Below are positions 1-15,767 of a stretch of DNA of 64,000 nt, in pieces. This DNA is from Eledone cirrhosa. Taxonomy: Eukaryota. Made by a program: the position numbers and the translations under genes. The DNA lies in the NCBI GenBank assembly GCA_964016885.1, contig CAXHJY010000718.1, positions 1 through 64,000 on the forward strand, given 5' to 3'. The notes below the pieces were generated by a model. The model did no database searches and was not told the DNA's origin. It saw only the letters and a program-made list of their open reading frames with translations. Numbering within the stretch: position 1 is the stretch's first letter; every line of letters begins with the position of its first letter.

Positions 1-252
1 GAGAGAAAATACTTTGCGTTCTTTGCTCCGCTGAAGCCCTGGAAATCCTTTACGCCAATGAAGGTATTTTAAACAAAAATCTGAGGCAATTTTGGCTTGT
101 AAACAGACTGTATAATATACTGTTATATTACAGCCGAACATTATATCGTAACGGATAGAACGGACACTATGTAGATGATATGCGCCATGATGTGGTAGCT
201 AAAAAATAATCAAACACTTTATACTCAATTATTCATATATATATATATATAT

Positions 253-508
<256 letters not shown>

Positions 509-1627
509 GTGTGTATCTCTAAGTATATATGCTTTGTTTTGTTTCATTCAGTATCATTTGCCCTTTGCATTTCTACCGCATTGTACGGCTTTAAGAAAAA
601 AAAACCCTATCGGTCATTTACTAAATAAATATTGTGTTTTAAACAAAATACTTGACATTTTAAAGTAGATGTCAACATTTGTGAATGCCCAATACTAACT
701 TTGTAGACACCGTGTACTACCTTTAGAGATTCACAAGGAACCGTGTACACAGGTTTAGATGCTCGTTAGAAACTAAACAGGTCATAATTAGTTAAATCTT
801 TCAACGTTTGCTTTTAAATTGATATTTCATCAAAATTGTTTTCAATAGATCTGTTTCATCAATATTGATTGTGATTGTCATCACAACGTTCTTTCCTGAT
901 TATCTCGTATATTTTTTTAATAAGGAGACTGTCCCCTTGCGTGTATTTTTTATCTGGAAGTTTTATCTAAATATCGTAAATTACTTTTGTAATTTTAAAT
1001 CTGTCAAAACAATTAGAATTTGTATTTAAAACGACTTCAGTTGCAGCTGGAATTTCATTTATCTCATTTTCTTTTGTTGGTTTTCATTTGGTACAGAAAA
1101 GATGCTTGGAAATTTCATTTTAATAATTATGGTGCGTAGGGAAATTCGTTTTGGTTCCAATCTTTGACCATCAAAGAAAACTGACAACTCTTATCAATCA
1201 TAATAAAGCATATATATTTTATGTTGTTTATGTACTTGAAGTTGATATGTCTTTAAAATTTTCCTATGGCCATGGGATTGTTCTTTCTATAGATACAACT
1301 ATTCCGAAGACTCTATATTTATTTTCTATCTTACGCTTACTACGTTCTTGTCTTTTTCCTAACTATAAATATTTCGTCTAGACTTAACATATTATTCTTT
1401 TTAATAGTAAAATGTTCGTCGTTGATCTTTCTCCATTACTTTGGTCAATCTCTACACGGAAATACAAAAGTTTGAAAAAGCCTGAGAATAGAACAGATTA
1501 AGTTGGAAAATGTTACTTCAAGAAATGTTGTTACATCCCACGTATTTCAAGATATGGTGTCAATTAATAAACCATGATAATTCGAGAACTGTGGTATGTG
1601 AACACGATTTAATCTGGGTTAAATATA

Positions 1628-3833
<2,206 letters not shown>

Positions 3834-4348
3834 TGTGTATGTATATATATATTGGTGTGAATGTATATATATATATGCATATATACATACATACATACGT
3901 GCATACTTGCATACATACATACACTCACACACGTGTTTATATATGTGCGTATGTATGTGTCTATATGTATGTATGCACATATATACGTACGTATGTAGTA
4001 TGTTGTGTGTATATATGCATGTAGGTACGTATGTATGTGCATATAGTACATATGCAAATATATATATATATATATATGGGTGTGTGTGTATATGTATGCA
4101 TTTATGTATGTATGTATGAATGTATGTATATATGTATGTACAATTCCCAAAATATATTTAGAGACCAAAATGTCACCCCTCAATACTTCCGGTGTTGAAA
4201 TATTTTCACCTCCCACATTTCAAGGGATTCGCCATTTTAAGAGATTTAACCGTAGTTGGAGTTAATGTCATTCTTATACGGTTTCAGAATTTATTTTTAA
4301 ATAAATGTCAATAAAGATTTTTGTTATAAAATGCTCTTACTATGCGTG

Positions 4349-4391
<43 letters not shown>

Positions 4392-4553
4392 CTGTGTGTG
4401 TGTGTGTGTGTGTCTGTGTGTGTGTGTGTGTGTGTGTCTGTGTGTGTGTGTGTGTGTGTGTAAGTGTGTGTGTGTGTATGTATACCTATATATACGCGTA
4501 TGTGTGTTAAACATATGTATATATATGTGTGTGTAAATGTGTAAGTATAAATG

Positions 4554-4591
<38 letters not shown>

Positions 4592-4614
4592 GGTCGGTGT
4601 GTATATATATATTA

Positions 4615-4651
<37 letters not shown>

Positions 4652-4694
4652 TATGATATTAAATAAATGGAAACTATATTTATAAAACCATATT

Positions 4695-4755
4695 TATTCT
4701 ATTATATATATTTCAATGGTACCAAAACTTTGGTACGCTTTCATCAGATAAAATA
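4695..4755 (-). ncRNA. Type I hammerhead ribozyme motif, family H copy 1 (element about 4652-4800)
   Basis: Minus strand: tattttat-CTGATGA-aagcgtaccaaagttttggtaccatt-GAAA-tatata-TA-atagaata; helix I 8 bp, palindromic helix III. Confidence 0.8.
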
Positions 4756-5031
4756 CAAAGTTTGTTTTATAAAATTTGACATAACCAAGAAAAGATACCT
4801 TCACGGTTCATGTTTTCCTTATACTCCAGAAATCTGTCGAGTGCTCTGAATCAGTTATAAACATTTATATTTGTTGAATTACCAACAAATTGAATATCCC
4901 TTTTGCTTATATATATATATATGTATATACATATATATATGTGTGTATGTATGTATATGTACATATATGTGTGTATATATATAAGTATATATATGGATAT
5001 ACATATATATATATATGGATATACATATATA

Positions 5032-5086
<55 letters not shown>

Positions 5087-5088
5087 CA

Positions 5089-5127
5089 GATAAACAAAAT
5101 AACAGTTTTGTTTCTGACGTCGCTTCT

Positions 5128-5195
<68 letters not shown>

Positions 5196-5238
5196 TATAA
5201 GAAGCGACGTCAGAAACAAAACTGTTATTTTGTTTATC
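5089..5238. mobile_element. Inverted-repeat element (family D) with (TA)n in the loop and an HHR 3'-half motif
   Basis: 42-bp perfect inverted arms; right arm reads gacgtca-GAAA-ca-aaac-tg-TT. Confidence 0.65.
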
Positions 5239-5568
5239 AACGGAGGAACGGTAAAAGGCGGGATTTGAACCGAGATTCTAGAGAGCTCCAACATATCAAC
5301 GTCTAGCGTTTTATCCAATGTCATGAAAACGCTGCCAATTCACTGCTTCTCATATACGATTACTATTCTCAACCAGAATATATCTAATTATCAAATCACC
5401 AGAGAAAAAGCCATATTCTTAATTTCAACTTATATATCCACATAGCTCCATCCCCGCGTAGAAATGACTATAGTGAAACCTCTTACAGGAAAGGCGGTGG
5501 ATTGGCAGTATCGGTAGAGGGTCGATTCCATGCTTTGAAGCATAGAGTTACCTCCCTGTATGATCTTT

Positions 5569-5629
5569 AATTTAAATTTCAAAACTCAAACCTGTTCCGT
5601 AGACAAGTTTGAGTTTTGAAATTTAAATT
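5569..5629. mobile_element. Fold-back palindrome (family E) with HHR 3' half
   Basis: tttc-aaaactcaaac...gtttgagtttt-GAAA-tttaaa-TT; palindromic helix III. Confidence 0.6.
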
Positions 5630-5917
5630 TGTCCAGGTATCACGGCTATTGCCAATATGGGTTTTTATTGATTTATTATTTTAAATCGAGACAGGCAAAC
5701 TGTATTAATCTAATTAGTATTTTTCAATCTAGCTAACTTGGTCATTTGCAATAGAAACACTTATATGATTGTATTAGTGTTTATCATATATTAATTCATA
5801 TTAACTTGTATTTCACGGCTCAGAAATACTTCTTTCTTTGAGCTATTTAATTGTAAAAGACTGTTTGAGTTTATAACTCTATATATTATATATATACATA
5901 TATATATAGAGAGAGAG

Positions 5918-5982
5918 AGAATTCACAAGAATCAAAGCTATTTTCAAAGCATTTGAACATAGCTTTGATTCTTGTGAATTCT
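5918..5982. repeat. Near-perfect palindrome (family F) next to a (GA)n/(TA)n tract
   Basis: agaattcacaagaatcaaagcta / tagctttgattcttgtgaattct arms. Confidence 0.75.
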
Positions 5983-6138
5983 ATATAACTGCTCTGTAGA
6001 ACAACTGATGTTATTACATTGAGTTATTTATCTTACTGGTAATAAGGTAGTAATAAATTACTGACCTTCACTGTTTAGGGTTTAAAATATATATAACTAT
6101 AAAAAGTTTTAGTATATACATAACCATAAATAGTATCC

Positions 6139-6200
<62 letters not shown>

Positions 6201-6330
6201 CCGACTCAGTAGGCAGTGATTTTCTCAATGGCTTGGAATTTAGTCCACGCTTTGCTTTTTTCCATCCACTGAATTATTTTTGATAAGTTCCCTGTGTCCA
6301 CGTATTGCCTGGAAACTTAGCTGAGAATAG

Positions 6331-6412
6331 ACTTCCCTGATGACGAAAGGCTTCTCCGTACGTTTCTTCAGAAAGTATGTTCATTCCCTTTCAGAAACTA
6401 ATTAGTTGGAGT
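6331..6412 (+). ncRNA. Type I hammerhead ribozyme motif in a TA-flanked element (6191-6514)
   Basis: acttcc-CTGATGA-cgaaagg...cctttca-GAAA-ctaattag-TT-ggagt; helix II gaaagg/cctttc, palindromic helix III actaattagt. Confidence 0.75.
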
Positions 6413-6575
6413 GAAATTTTAGTAAGTTAATTTTATAATTTTCTTATTTTACGTCTCTCATATTATTGTTCTGCATCCCCATGCATTGAACCACAAAGTT
6501 ACTAAGCCAAAACCTATATATTTGCTAGCATAAGTATGCATCTGTGTATATATATGTTACTAGATATACTAATTC

Positions 6576-6678
<103 letters not shown>

Positions 6679-6810
6679 ATATATATATATAGGTAAGTTA
6701 TTCCGGGTTGAATCGGAGGTGACCACAGTAAGTAGGTACTCATTACATAGCAGAGGATAAAAGTTTTAATATAGATGAGATTCTACAGGACTAGAACTGT
6801 TTTATTCTTT

Positions 6811-6861
6811 AGATTCCTGATGATTTCTAAAGAATGACACAGTTCTAGTCCTGTAGAATCT
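6811..6861 (+). ncRNA. Type I hammerhead motif (GAAA>GACA in this copy) within inverted-repeat element 6691-6872
   Basis: agattc-CTGATGA-tttctaaagaat-GACA-cag-ttctagtc-ctg-TA-gaatct; 6-bp helix I; the opposite arm gives AAAA at the same position, so the consensus is GAAA. Confidence 0.75.
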
Positions 6862-7318
6862 CATCTATATTATATATATATACATATGTATATGTGTGTA
6901 TAAATATTTTGTATCTCCAAAGAAATACAGTTTTAGGAAGCCGTAGCTATGCAAACACCGGGTGGCTAACGCCCTCTGGTGATGTCCAGCAGAACAAGGG
7001 GGACGACCGTCATTGCATTTCAGGCTTAACTGGCCTTCGTCAAGACGGTCCCAATGTGTATATATGTATGTATGTATACCCATTTACAGCCTATATCTAT
7101 TGAAGAGGAAATCTTCCACCTTTGTTCCCATTTATCTTGTCACACTCTATATCTGTTCATTGTTATCGATCTGTCAGTATTTGACATATATTCCCCATTG
7201 TTATCGATCCATTAGTGTTGAAAATAATACATATGCCTACATATTTGTGGATGTACCTTTAGCATCTGTGAACACGATATTTATACATACACACTCACCA
7301 CCTATATATAGGTGTATG

Positions 7319-7354
<36 letters not shown>

Positions 7355-7425
7355 TATATACGTATATATATATATATACGTATATATATATATATATATA
7401 TATATACGTATATATATATATATAC

Positions 7426-7593
<168 letters not shown>

Positions 7594-7594
7594 G

Positions 7595-7656
<62 letters not shown>

Positions 7657-7657
7657 G

Positions 7658-7689
<32 letters not shown>

Positions 7690-7731
7690 GTGTGTGTATG
7701 TATATCTACATATATATATATATATATATAC

Positions 7732-7795
<64 letters not shown>

Positions 7796-7941
7796 GTATA
7801 TATATATATATATATATATAATATATGTGTGTGTATGTATATCTACATATATATATATATATTTATAATATATATATATGTATCTATGTATCTACATATA
7901 TATATATACGTATATAGATATAGATATACATACATATAGAT

Positions 7942-8015
<74 letters not shown>

Positions 8016-8117
8016 ATCTATATCTATATATATATTTATATATACATATACATATATATATATATATATGTATCTATGTATCTATATATATATGTATACG
8101 TATATATATATTTATAT

Positions 8118-8332
8118 ATATTTATTAAAATAACAGATTAAAGTTTAAGCAAAGAATCGCTGCTTTCACCCTTAACGGGATCTTCTGAGTTAAGGGTGAA
8201 AGCAGCGATTCTTTGCTTAAACTTTAATCTTTATTTTAATAAATATTTGCTCTACGGTTCTTATATATTTGATATATATTTATCCTAGTCGAGCCCTCTT
8301 TGGATTTTAGTCTTCAAATTTATTATTATTAC
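8118..8332 (+). mobile_element. Family B fold-back element in (TA)n
   Basis: About 60-bp inverted arms around tttc-acccttaac..gttaagggt-GAAA-gca..tgc-TT; tail shared with 14576-14713 and 21643-21860. Confidence 0.85.
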
Positions 8333-8372
8333 TATATATATATATATATGTATATCTATATATATATGTATA

Positions 8373-8439
<67 letters not shown>

Positions 8440-8458
8440 TTATATATATATATGTATA

Positions 8459-8529
<71 letters not shown>

Positions 8530-8685
8530 TTTTATATATATATGTATATCTATATATATATATACTTATATATATTTATATATATATATATATGTATCTA
8601 TGTATCTATATATTATTGTTATAGGTAGTCAGCAATGTGAATAAATGCCTTATCGTATAGCAAACCATGTCACTCTTTTTTCTTG

Positions 8686-8745
<60 letters not shown>

Positions 8746-8748
<3 letters not shown>

Positions 8749-9014
8749 AAGTAATTCTGTCGGAAAGGTCCAGCAAAAAAGAGTGCTCTATGTAGGTTAC
8801 AGAGCTTATTAGTTATGTAATAAACAACATAAGATAATTATTTCATTTACCAGTGGTTTCTTGAAAGCAAACAAAATTTGCTTTCAGTCATCAGAATGAA
8901 AAAATCCTGGTGTATTTATTGACAGTGGATTTTAAAAATCCAAGCAAAATTTGTTTGCTTTCAAGAAATCACTGGTAAATGAAATAATTAATTATGCTCT
9001 TTATTACATAACTA
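8746..9014 (-). mobile_element. Family C inverted-repeat element with an HHR-like core lacking helix II
   Basis: Minus strand CTGATGA-ct-GAAA-gcaaa..tttgc-TT (core at 8882-8894); homolog at 54393-54680. Confidence 0.75.
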
Positions 9015-9194
9015 TATCTATAAGCTAAATCTGAGTGTACAATCTTACAACTCTGGTCAATGTAGTTGTCCTGGATACAGCAGATATGAGGTTCGATTCG
9101 CGAAGTCGGCTCTGTCCCGTCTTCTTTGTCATATGTCGCGTGTACAAATTGCATCATAAAAATCTTAACCGTTATATATACATAAAAATATATG

Positions 9195-9257
<63 letters not shown>

Positions 9258-9645
9258 ATGTATGTATTTATGATTGTGTGTGTATATGCCACATATGAAA
9301 TTAAAAGACTGTAAATAATTTCCTTATAAAACATGTATTTATTCCTAAAAGTGCCATGCTGGGACGTTCGGCTTTCAATTCGAATCGTTAATCTAGTGTC
9401 ATTGTATAGAATACCTTAGGCCAATAATGGTATGTTTTCCCTTTACAATTGAATAATCTTCGTATCACCGTCAGTCGAGAATGAGTATATATATATATAT
9501 ATATGTTGTGTGTTTATGTGTGTGTGTGTGTAGATGTATATACATATATATATAAATATATATATTACAATATATATATATATATATATATACTATATAT
9601 ATATATATACATACATTTCCTTTGCTTTTTCTTCGGAAATACTTA

Positions 9646-9726
<81 letters not shown>

Positions 9727-9752
9727 TATGTGTCTCTGTGTGTGTACTATAA

Positions 9753-9783
<31 letters not shown>

Positions 9784-10149
9784 CATACATACATACATAC
9801 ATACATACATACATACATACATACATACATACATACATACATGTCTGCGTACGTAGATATGTTTTGAAAATATTTAGCTTTTCTACAATTCTGAGGTATT
9901 ATCTGAGGTACTGGAAATCTATTTCCAATCCTATTAATAAATACGCCATTAAACGAGGCTATTTCTCATGTAAAAATATCAGCGATGAAAGGAATAATAA
10001 CTGGGTAATTGCTGGCCTTGTGCCTAAATTCGAGACAAAGGAATGATTGTTCTGATAGATTCAATGATGTCAGCAGTATTTAGACATACACACTGATTGC
10101 GTATTTACCTGGCAAAGAATGTGTGTGATTTGATGTGATCTGATGTGAT

Positions 10150-10830
10150 GTGATAGTCCTGTATATCCTGTTGCAGTCTTAGGGACGCCGTATTGACATA
10201 CGGTGTTGGTAGGGTCTTTTAAGCCTGGTGGAGTCCCATCCCTTTACAGGTCTAAATACAGCAGGTTTCTTCAAGAGAAAGATAGAAATTGAGGGAGAGG
10301 AAATGAGAAAGAGATATAGAGGAAGAATCGTCCTTAGTACTAGACTGATACTTTATATATATATGGAGAGATAGAGTGAGAGAGAGAGGAAATGAGAAAG
10401 GGGTATAGAGGAAGAATCGTCCTTAGTACTAGACTGATACTTTATATATATATGGAGAGATAGAGTGAGAGAGAGGAAATAAGAAAGGGGTATAGAGGAA
10501 GAATCGTCCTTAGTACTAGACTGATACTTTATATATATATATGGAGAGATAGAGTGAGAGAGAGGAAATAAGAAAGGGATATAGAGGAAGAATCGTCCTT
10601 AGTACTAGACTGATACTTTATATATATATATGGAGAGATAGAGTGAGAGAGAGGAAATAAGAAAGGGATATAGAGGAAGAATCAACCCCAGTACTAGACT
10701 GGTACTTTTTTATCGACCTCGAAAGGATGAAAGGCAAATTTGACTTCGGCGAGATTTGAACTCAGAGAGCAGAGAGATGGAACTAATACCATAAAGAATT
10801 CTATCTGACCTTCCAACGACTCCGCCAACA
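10150..10830 (-). mobile_element. Composite tRNA-derived SINE with a ~90-bp tail segment amplified in tandem 4-5 times (about 10295-10700)
   Basis: Repeated gaggaagaatcgtccttagtactagactgatacttta unit; gatttgaactcag B-box on the minus strand. Confidence 0.75.
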
Positions 10831-10957
10831 ATTCGTATCTGCCTGCTGCAATGGTCGACCGAGGACTCTGGTGTTCGGTTTTTTTTTTCAAGGCATCAAA
10901 TGACCCAAGAAGAAGAGAAATATTTTAGTTTCCAAGACTTATGTTGGTGCCATTTTC

Positions 10958-11130
10958 GCAGTATCGGTAGAGAGTCGGACGCCATGCTTTCCAGCATAGT
11001 TACGTCCCTTTATAGTCTGAGTTCAAATCCCGCCGAGGTTCACTTTGCCTTTCATCCTTACGAGGGTCGATAAAATAAAGTACCAGTAATGCACTGGGTA
11101 TTTGCTGGCCTTGTGCCAAAAGTAAAATCA
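10958..11130 (+). mobile_element. tRNA-derived SINE (main family)
   Basis: gagttcaaatccc B-box, conserved gcctttcatcctt..gtcgataaaataaagtaccag body and ggccttgtgccaaaagta tail. Confidence 0.85.
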
Positions 11131-11745
11131 ATTATATATAATGATTGTAGTTTATATTTTGGAACTTTCTTATTTCAATAGAAGGGGTCACTGAAGTATT
11201 GGATGCCAGCTAATAATGTAGCTATTTTTACAGTTTATCGTTTGACAAAATACCAAAATGCTCTCAATCAGGGCCTTCTTTAACCCAATATGCATCATAC
11301 TAGATATACTAATTTGCTTCGTAAGCATGATTTTATTTCTGTATTCCAATGGACACAATTCGGTAAAATATGCGGCCATAACTCAGTGGATTGCTATAAT
11401 ATGGAATAGGAATAGGTTTATCACTGTCATATCCAAATACACGAAATTAAATTCACCGCACCATCCCCCACCCCATCATAACCACTCTTCAGGAGATTGT
11501 GGTTAACGATACACATCAAATCTGGTTATAAATTATGCAAAATGATGTTCATTTTCAATGTCGAAAGGAATTAAGTTCCAGATGGCTGTGAATGAATAGA
11601 AACATTCTCTACGAATGCTGCACGAAAATAGGATACAAACTGCTGACCAAAATTGGTTTGTGGTCAGTAACATTATAGAATATATTTGTGTGTGGCTGCA
11701 GTGATAACGGACGTCGTCGGTTATGGTTTGCTAATTTGTTGTGGA

Positions 11746-11842
<97 letters not shown>

Positions 11843-11882
11843 GATATTAAACAAATGGAAACTATATTTATAAAACCATATT

Positions 11883-11948
11883 TATTTCATTATATATATT
11901 TCAGGGATATCATATTAAAAATATGGTATGCCTTCCTCAGACAAAATA
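11883..11948 (-). ncRNA. Type I hammerhead motif, family H copy 2
   Basis: Minus strand: tattttgt-CTGAGGA-aggcataccatatt..aatatgatatccct-GAAA-tatata-TA-atgaaata. Confidence 0.8.
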
Positions 11949-12026
11949 CAATATATAAACCGTTTTATAAATAAATTTGACATACCTTAAACATTACAAC
12001 TTCCATTTAAAAAGTTGATTTGGTAG

Positions 12027-12071
<45 letters not shown>

Positions 12072-12229
12072 GGTATGATATATATATAATTGCAAAAGCC
12101 AAAAGAAAGAAAGATAAAGGTCTTATTCGGTAAATAATTAATTTTGCCGCCTGTAGTATGATAGGTCAACAGCTTTTTGGACCAGAATTGTGCCAAATAA
12201 TAAAGTGAGAATAATTAGTGGTTGGCACC

Positions 12230-12430
12230 TTCTACTCATGTCGTATTCTTCATAATCAAACGGAAAGAAATCATCTTTCCAGACGAATCAATTTTAGGTA
12301 GAATTAAAAGACAGCAAATCTCACGTGGTGTAGAGATCAGGGTATTTTTATTCACGATCAAATCATAAGGACGTATGTACGATTCCTGCATCGGGTGGTA
12401 CGTTGTGTTTTTAACTATGATGCTTCATCT
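12230..12430 (+). pseudogene. Possible Tc1/mariner transposase relic
   Basis: aaagaaatcatctttccagacgaatca translates to KEIIFPDES, resembling the Tc1 'VxFSDES' first-Asp motif; otherwise degraded. Confidence 0.25.
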
Positions 12431-12449
12431 CACGTCGCATTGCATGTGA

Positions 12450-12765
12450 GAAGTGGGACTCGTATTTATTAAAACACGAGAGAAACATCATATGAGATGG
12501 GACCTCGTAGAAGACGAACCAACCCGACATGTGTAGGAGCTGTAACAACAACAATAACAACAACGTGATAGAACTGGGATTCGTACCATTAAAACACGTG
12601 AGAAACATATGAGATAGAACCTAGTAGGAGGTTAGCTAAACTTACATATGTGTGAGCTGTAACTACAACTACCTCATTGGACTGGGCCCCTATGATTAAA
12701 ATACCCGAGAAATTTCCTATGATATGGAACCTCGTAAGAAGCGAGCTAAACCTACACATGTAACT
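12450..12765. repeat. Diverged tandem repeat, three units of about 110-120 bp
   Basis: attaaaacacg(a/t)gagaaa..atgagat..acctcgtag recurs near 12468, 12588 and 12695. Confidence 0.65.
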
Positions 12766-13429
12766 AAAGATTTGTAACCCAATGCCACGAAGCATACTGT
12801 CCGACGCTCTACCGATTGCCGCCAATATCCCACCATTAGGACAACATATCAATAATAGTATGTCATAATAAATATTAGGAGTTGTAAATCTGCTGAGTTG
12901 TCAGCTAGACTTGACATTCAGTTTATATATCATCCTGAATTATTTGCCGACAAAATATTATTTAAGAGATACGCCGTATGTTGTTATAATTCTAATATAT
13001 TTGCTAATAACAAACCAATTTATATTTCTGTTGTATTTATGTGCTGCTACGTCTGAAATTCAATACAGTTTCGGTGGTATGAAGTCAGTAATTCAAAATT
13101 AGAAAGATAAAAGATTTTGGTGAATTACTAACAATTGACACCTCGTAAAATACTAGAAATGATATAAATAAAATAAAGAAAATGTGAGAAAAATGTCAAT
13201 TCATAATTATTTCAGTTCTTAATATTTATAGGTCGATAATAAAGAGATTTTAAGTTTAATTTAAATCAGTGATTCTCAAACGCGTGGTGCTGGGTTTTAA
13301 GGGGAAGTTTCAAATCCTTGAAAGAATGGTTTTAGAGATGAATTGGGGAGGGAGTATGTTAGTTAAAAAAGGAATCCAATCGGCGAAAGAAATGTTTGTA
13401 AATTTCATACCAATTGGCATAACATTATG

Positions 13430-13735
13430 GTACGGTATGGTATTGTCCCGTAACTCCTGAGGAAGTCATAGGGGCACCGTATTGACATATGGCATTTCTT
13501 GGGCATTTTAAGCCTGGCGGAGCCCATTTCCTCTCCAGGCCTGAATACAGCAGATTTCTTCCAGAGAAGGATAGAAAGTGAGGGAGAGATATAGAGGAAG
13601 AATCAACCCCAGTACATAACGAATGGATGAAAGGCAAAGTTGACCTCGGTGGGATTTGAACTCAGAGAGTAGAGAGTCAGAATGAATACCACAAAGTTTC
13701 TATGTGACATTTTAACGATTCTGTCAATTCGCCAC
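13430..13735 (-). mobile_element. Composite SINE copy
   Basis: Same tail as 10150-10330, 19380-19570 and 51600-51715; B-box gatttgaactcag. Confidence 0.75.
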
Positions 13736-14515
13736 CTACGACATACCTGCTATCTCGCGGTTGCCATTCGATCTCCTTAACCACACAGCCGTATCTGCGC
13801 CTACGTGATTTTTTTTAAAGCAATATAATATATTGATGATGCAATGTTATTTATCATTGGAAAGAAAGTAGACACAGTCTGTCTAAAATGACGTAGATAT
13901 GACGTGGTAATTAAACTGATTATAACTGAAAAGAGACTTGTAGGTGTGAACAATTCTTTTCATTATATAACTATTCGCAACTTATGTTAAGAATAAAGAT
14001 TAAACAGTTTAAATAACTCCTCACTTAGGCTATAATTAGTATAACATCATTGATTAGAAATATTTCATAGAAATACAAAGTAAATAAAGGCTATCATATA
14101 ACTGTTTCCAAGGAGAATCGCAAGGTTTGAAATGTCAAGCTGCCGTGTTTACGCATTTATAATTATTGTTTGTATGTATGTATGTATCTATGTATGTATG
14201 TTTTCTTGGTGAGGAGAGTGATTTTGAACACCCTGCAGGACAAAAAAACCAAACCTGACAAAGGGTGGAAGAACACATGATGTAAAAGAATTGACAGGAA
14301 GGAAAATGAAGTATACGCGACGACAGTTTCAACTGTACTTGAACTTAAATAAGATTTATATTTAATGAATATTTAAATCATATACAACACACACGGATAC
14401 ATACACACACACACACACATATATATGTATGTATACATATATATATGTATATATATATATATATATATGTGTGTGTATATATATGTATATATATATATAT
14501 ATATATGTGTGTATA

Positions 14516-14575
<60 letters not shown>

Positions 14576-14578
<3 letters not shown>

Positions 14579-14713
14579 ATAATAATAAAATTAAAGACTA
14601 AAATCCAAAGAGGGCTCGATAAGGATAAATATATATCAAATATATAAGAACCGTAGAGCAAATATTTATTAAAATAACAGATTAAAGTTTAAGCAAAGAA
14701 TCGCTGCTTTCAC
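14576..14713 (-). mobile_element. Family B element, single arm ending at the GAAA/helix II junction
   Basis: Reverse complement of the 8118-8332 tail; terminates at gctttcac. Confidence 0.8.
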
Positions 14714-14895
14714 GAACACAAATCTACGATGGTAACATCTTTATTCTAGATAATTGTTTAATTACGATGTGATAAATAACAGGAAATTTCGTATTGAAAA
14801 ATAGCGAACAGACGTCAATATAAAACAGACCTTTCTTGCAGCATAATACATCCATTGAATGTTCCATCTGCCTTTGTACCACTCTAACTCTTTCT

Positions 14896-14963
<68 letters not shown>

Positions 14964-15039
14964 AAGGCGGGTAAAATTCCCGAGATCCATGGACGAGTTC
15001 TCTCCAGCGGTCTCTGTCCCTCATTATCGCTGCCATATC

Positions 15040-15259
15040 AGTATACACTGAGGATGAAAAACTCAGAGCTGTATGGGAGCATCCCAAAAGTCAGCTCAAA
15101 AGTGACACAGAGGAGACTGAGGTTGGCTGGACATGCTCACCGACATCCAGAGTTGACATTGCCCTCAGTGCTCCTTTGGGAGCCCCTACATGGACACACT
15201 AGAAGAGGAAGACCAAGGTTAACATATGTTGATGCCCTAAGGACAGACACTGGTCTGTT

Positions 15260-15262
<3 letters not shown>
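15040..15262 (+). mobile_element. RTE-type LINE ORF C-terminal fragment
   Basis: NSELYG...QRRLRLAGHAHRH...LLWEP...RRGRPRLTYVD are typical post-RT motifs of RTE-type elements. Confidence 0.8.
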
Positions 15263-15308
<46 letters not shown>

Positions 15309-15727
15309 ACTTATATTTAACTTATATTTAAATTTCTCACCATCCCATACGTTCTATAAGACTATTATGAAATATGAAAACGCTGTCGGCTGGAAACGTT
15401 AATTGAAAATCTATCGAGGATTTTAAGAATATAACGATACAATTTTCTAGAAAATTTGACGTCATGATTTATCGAAGGAATTTAAATCGAAATCCCACAA
15501 AATGTTTATAACTATAGTGTCGCAGGAAATACATATATAATTTTGTAAATTTAATTGTATTTGGTTTATGTGCGAGAAAATCGATATGTATGTAAATTGT
15601 TCACAGCAGTTCATTGAAGAATCATGAATTTTAATTGAGAAATTGAGGAACTGAGGAATTATCAAAGGTTTTATTTTTGTATGTATATATGTATGTATGT
15701 AGCTATATATGTATGTATGTATGTATG

Positions 15728-15761
<34 letters not shown>

Positions 15762-15767
15762 TATATA

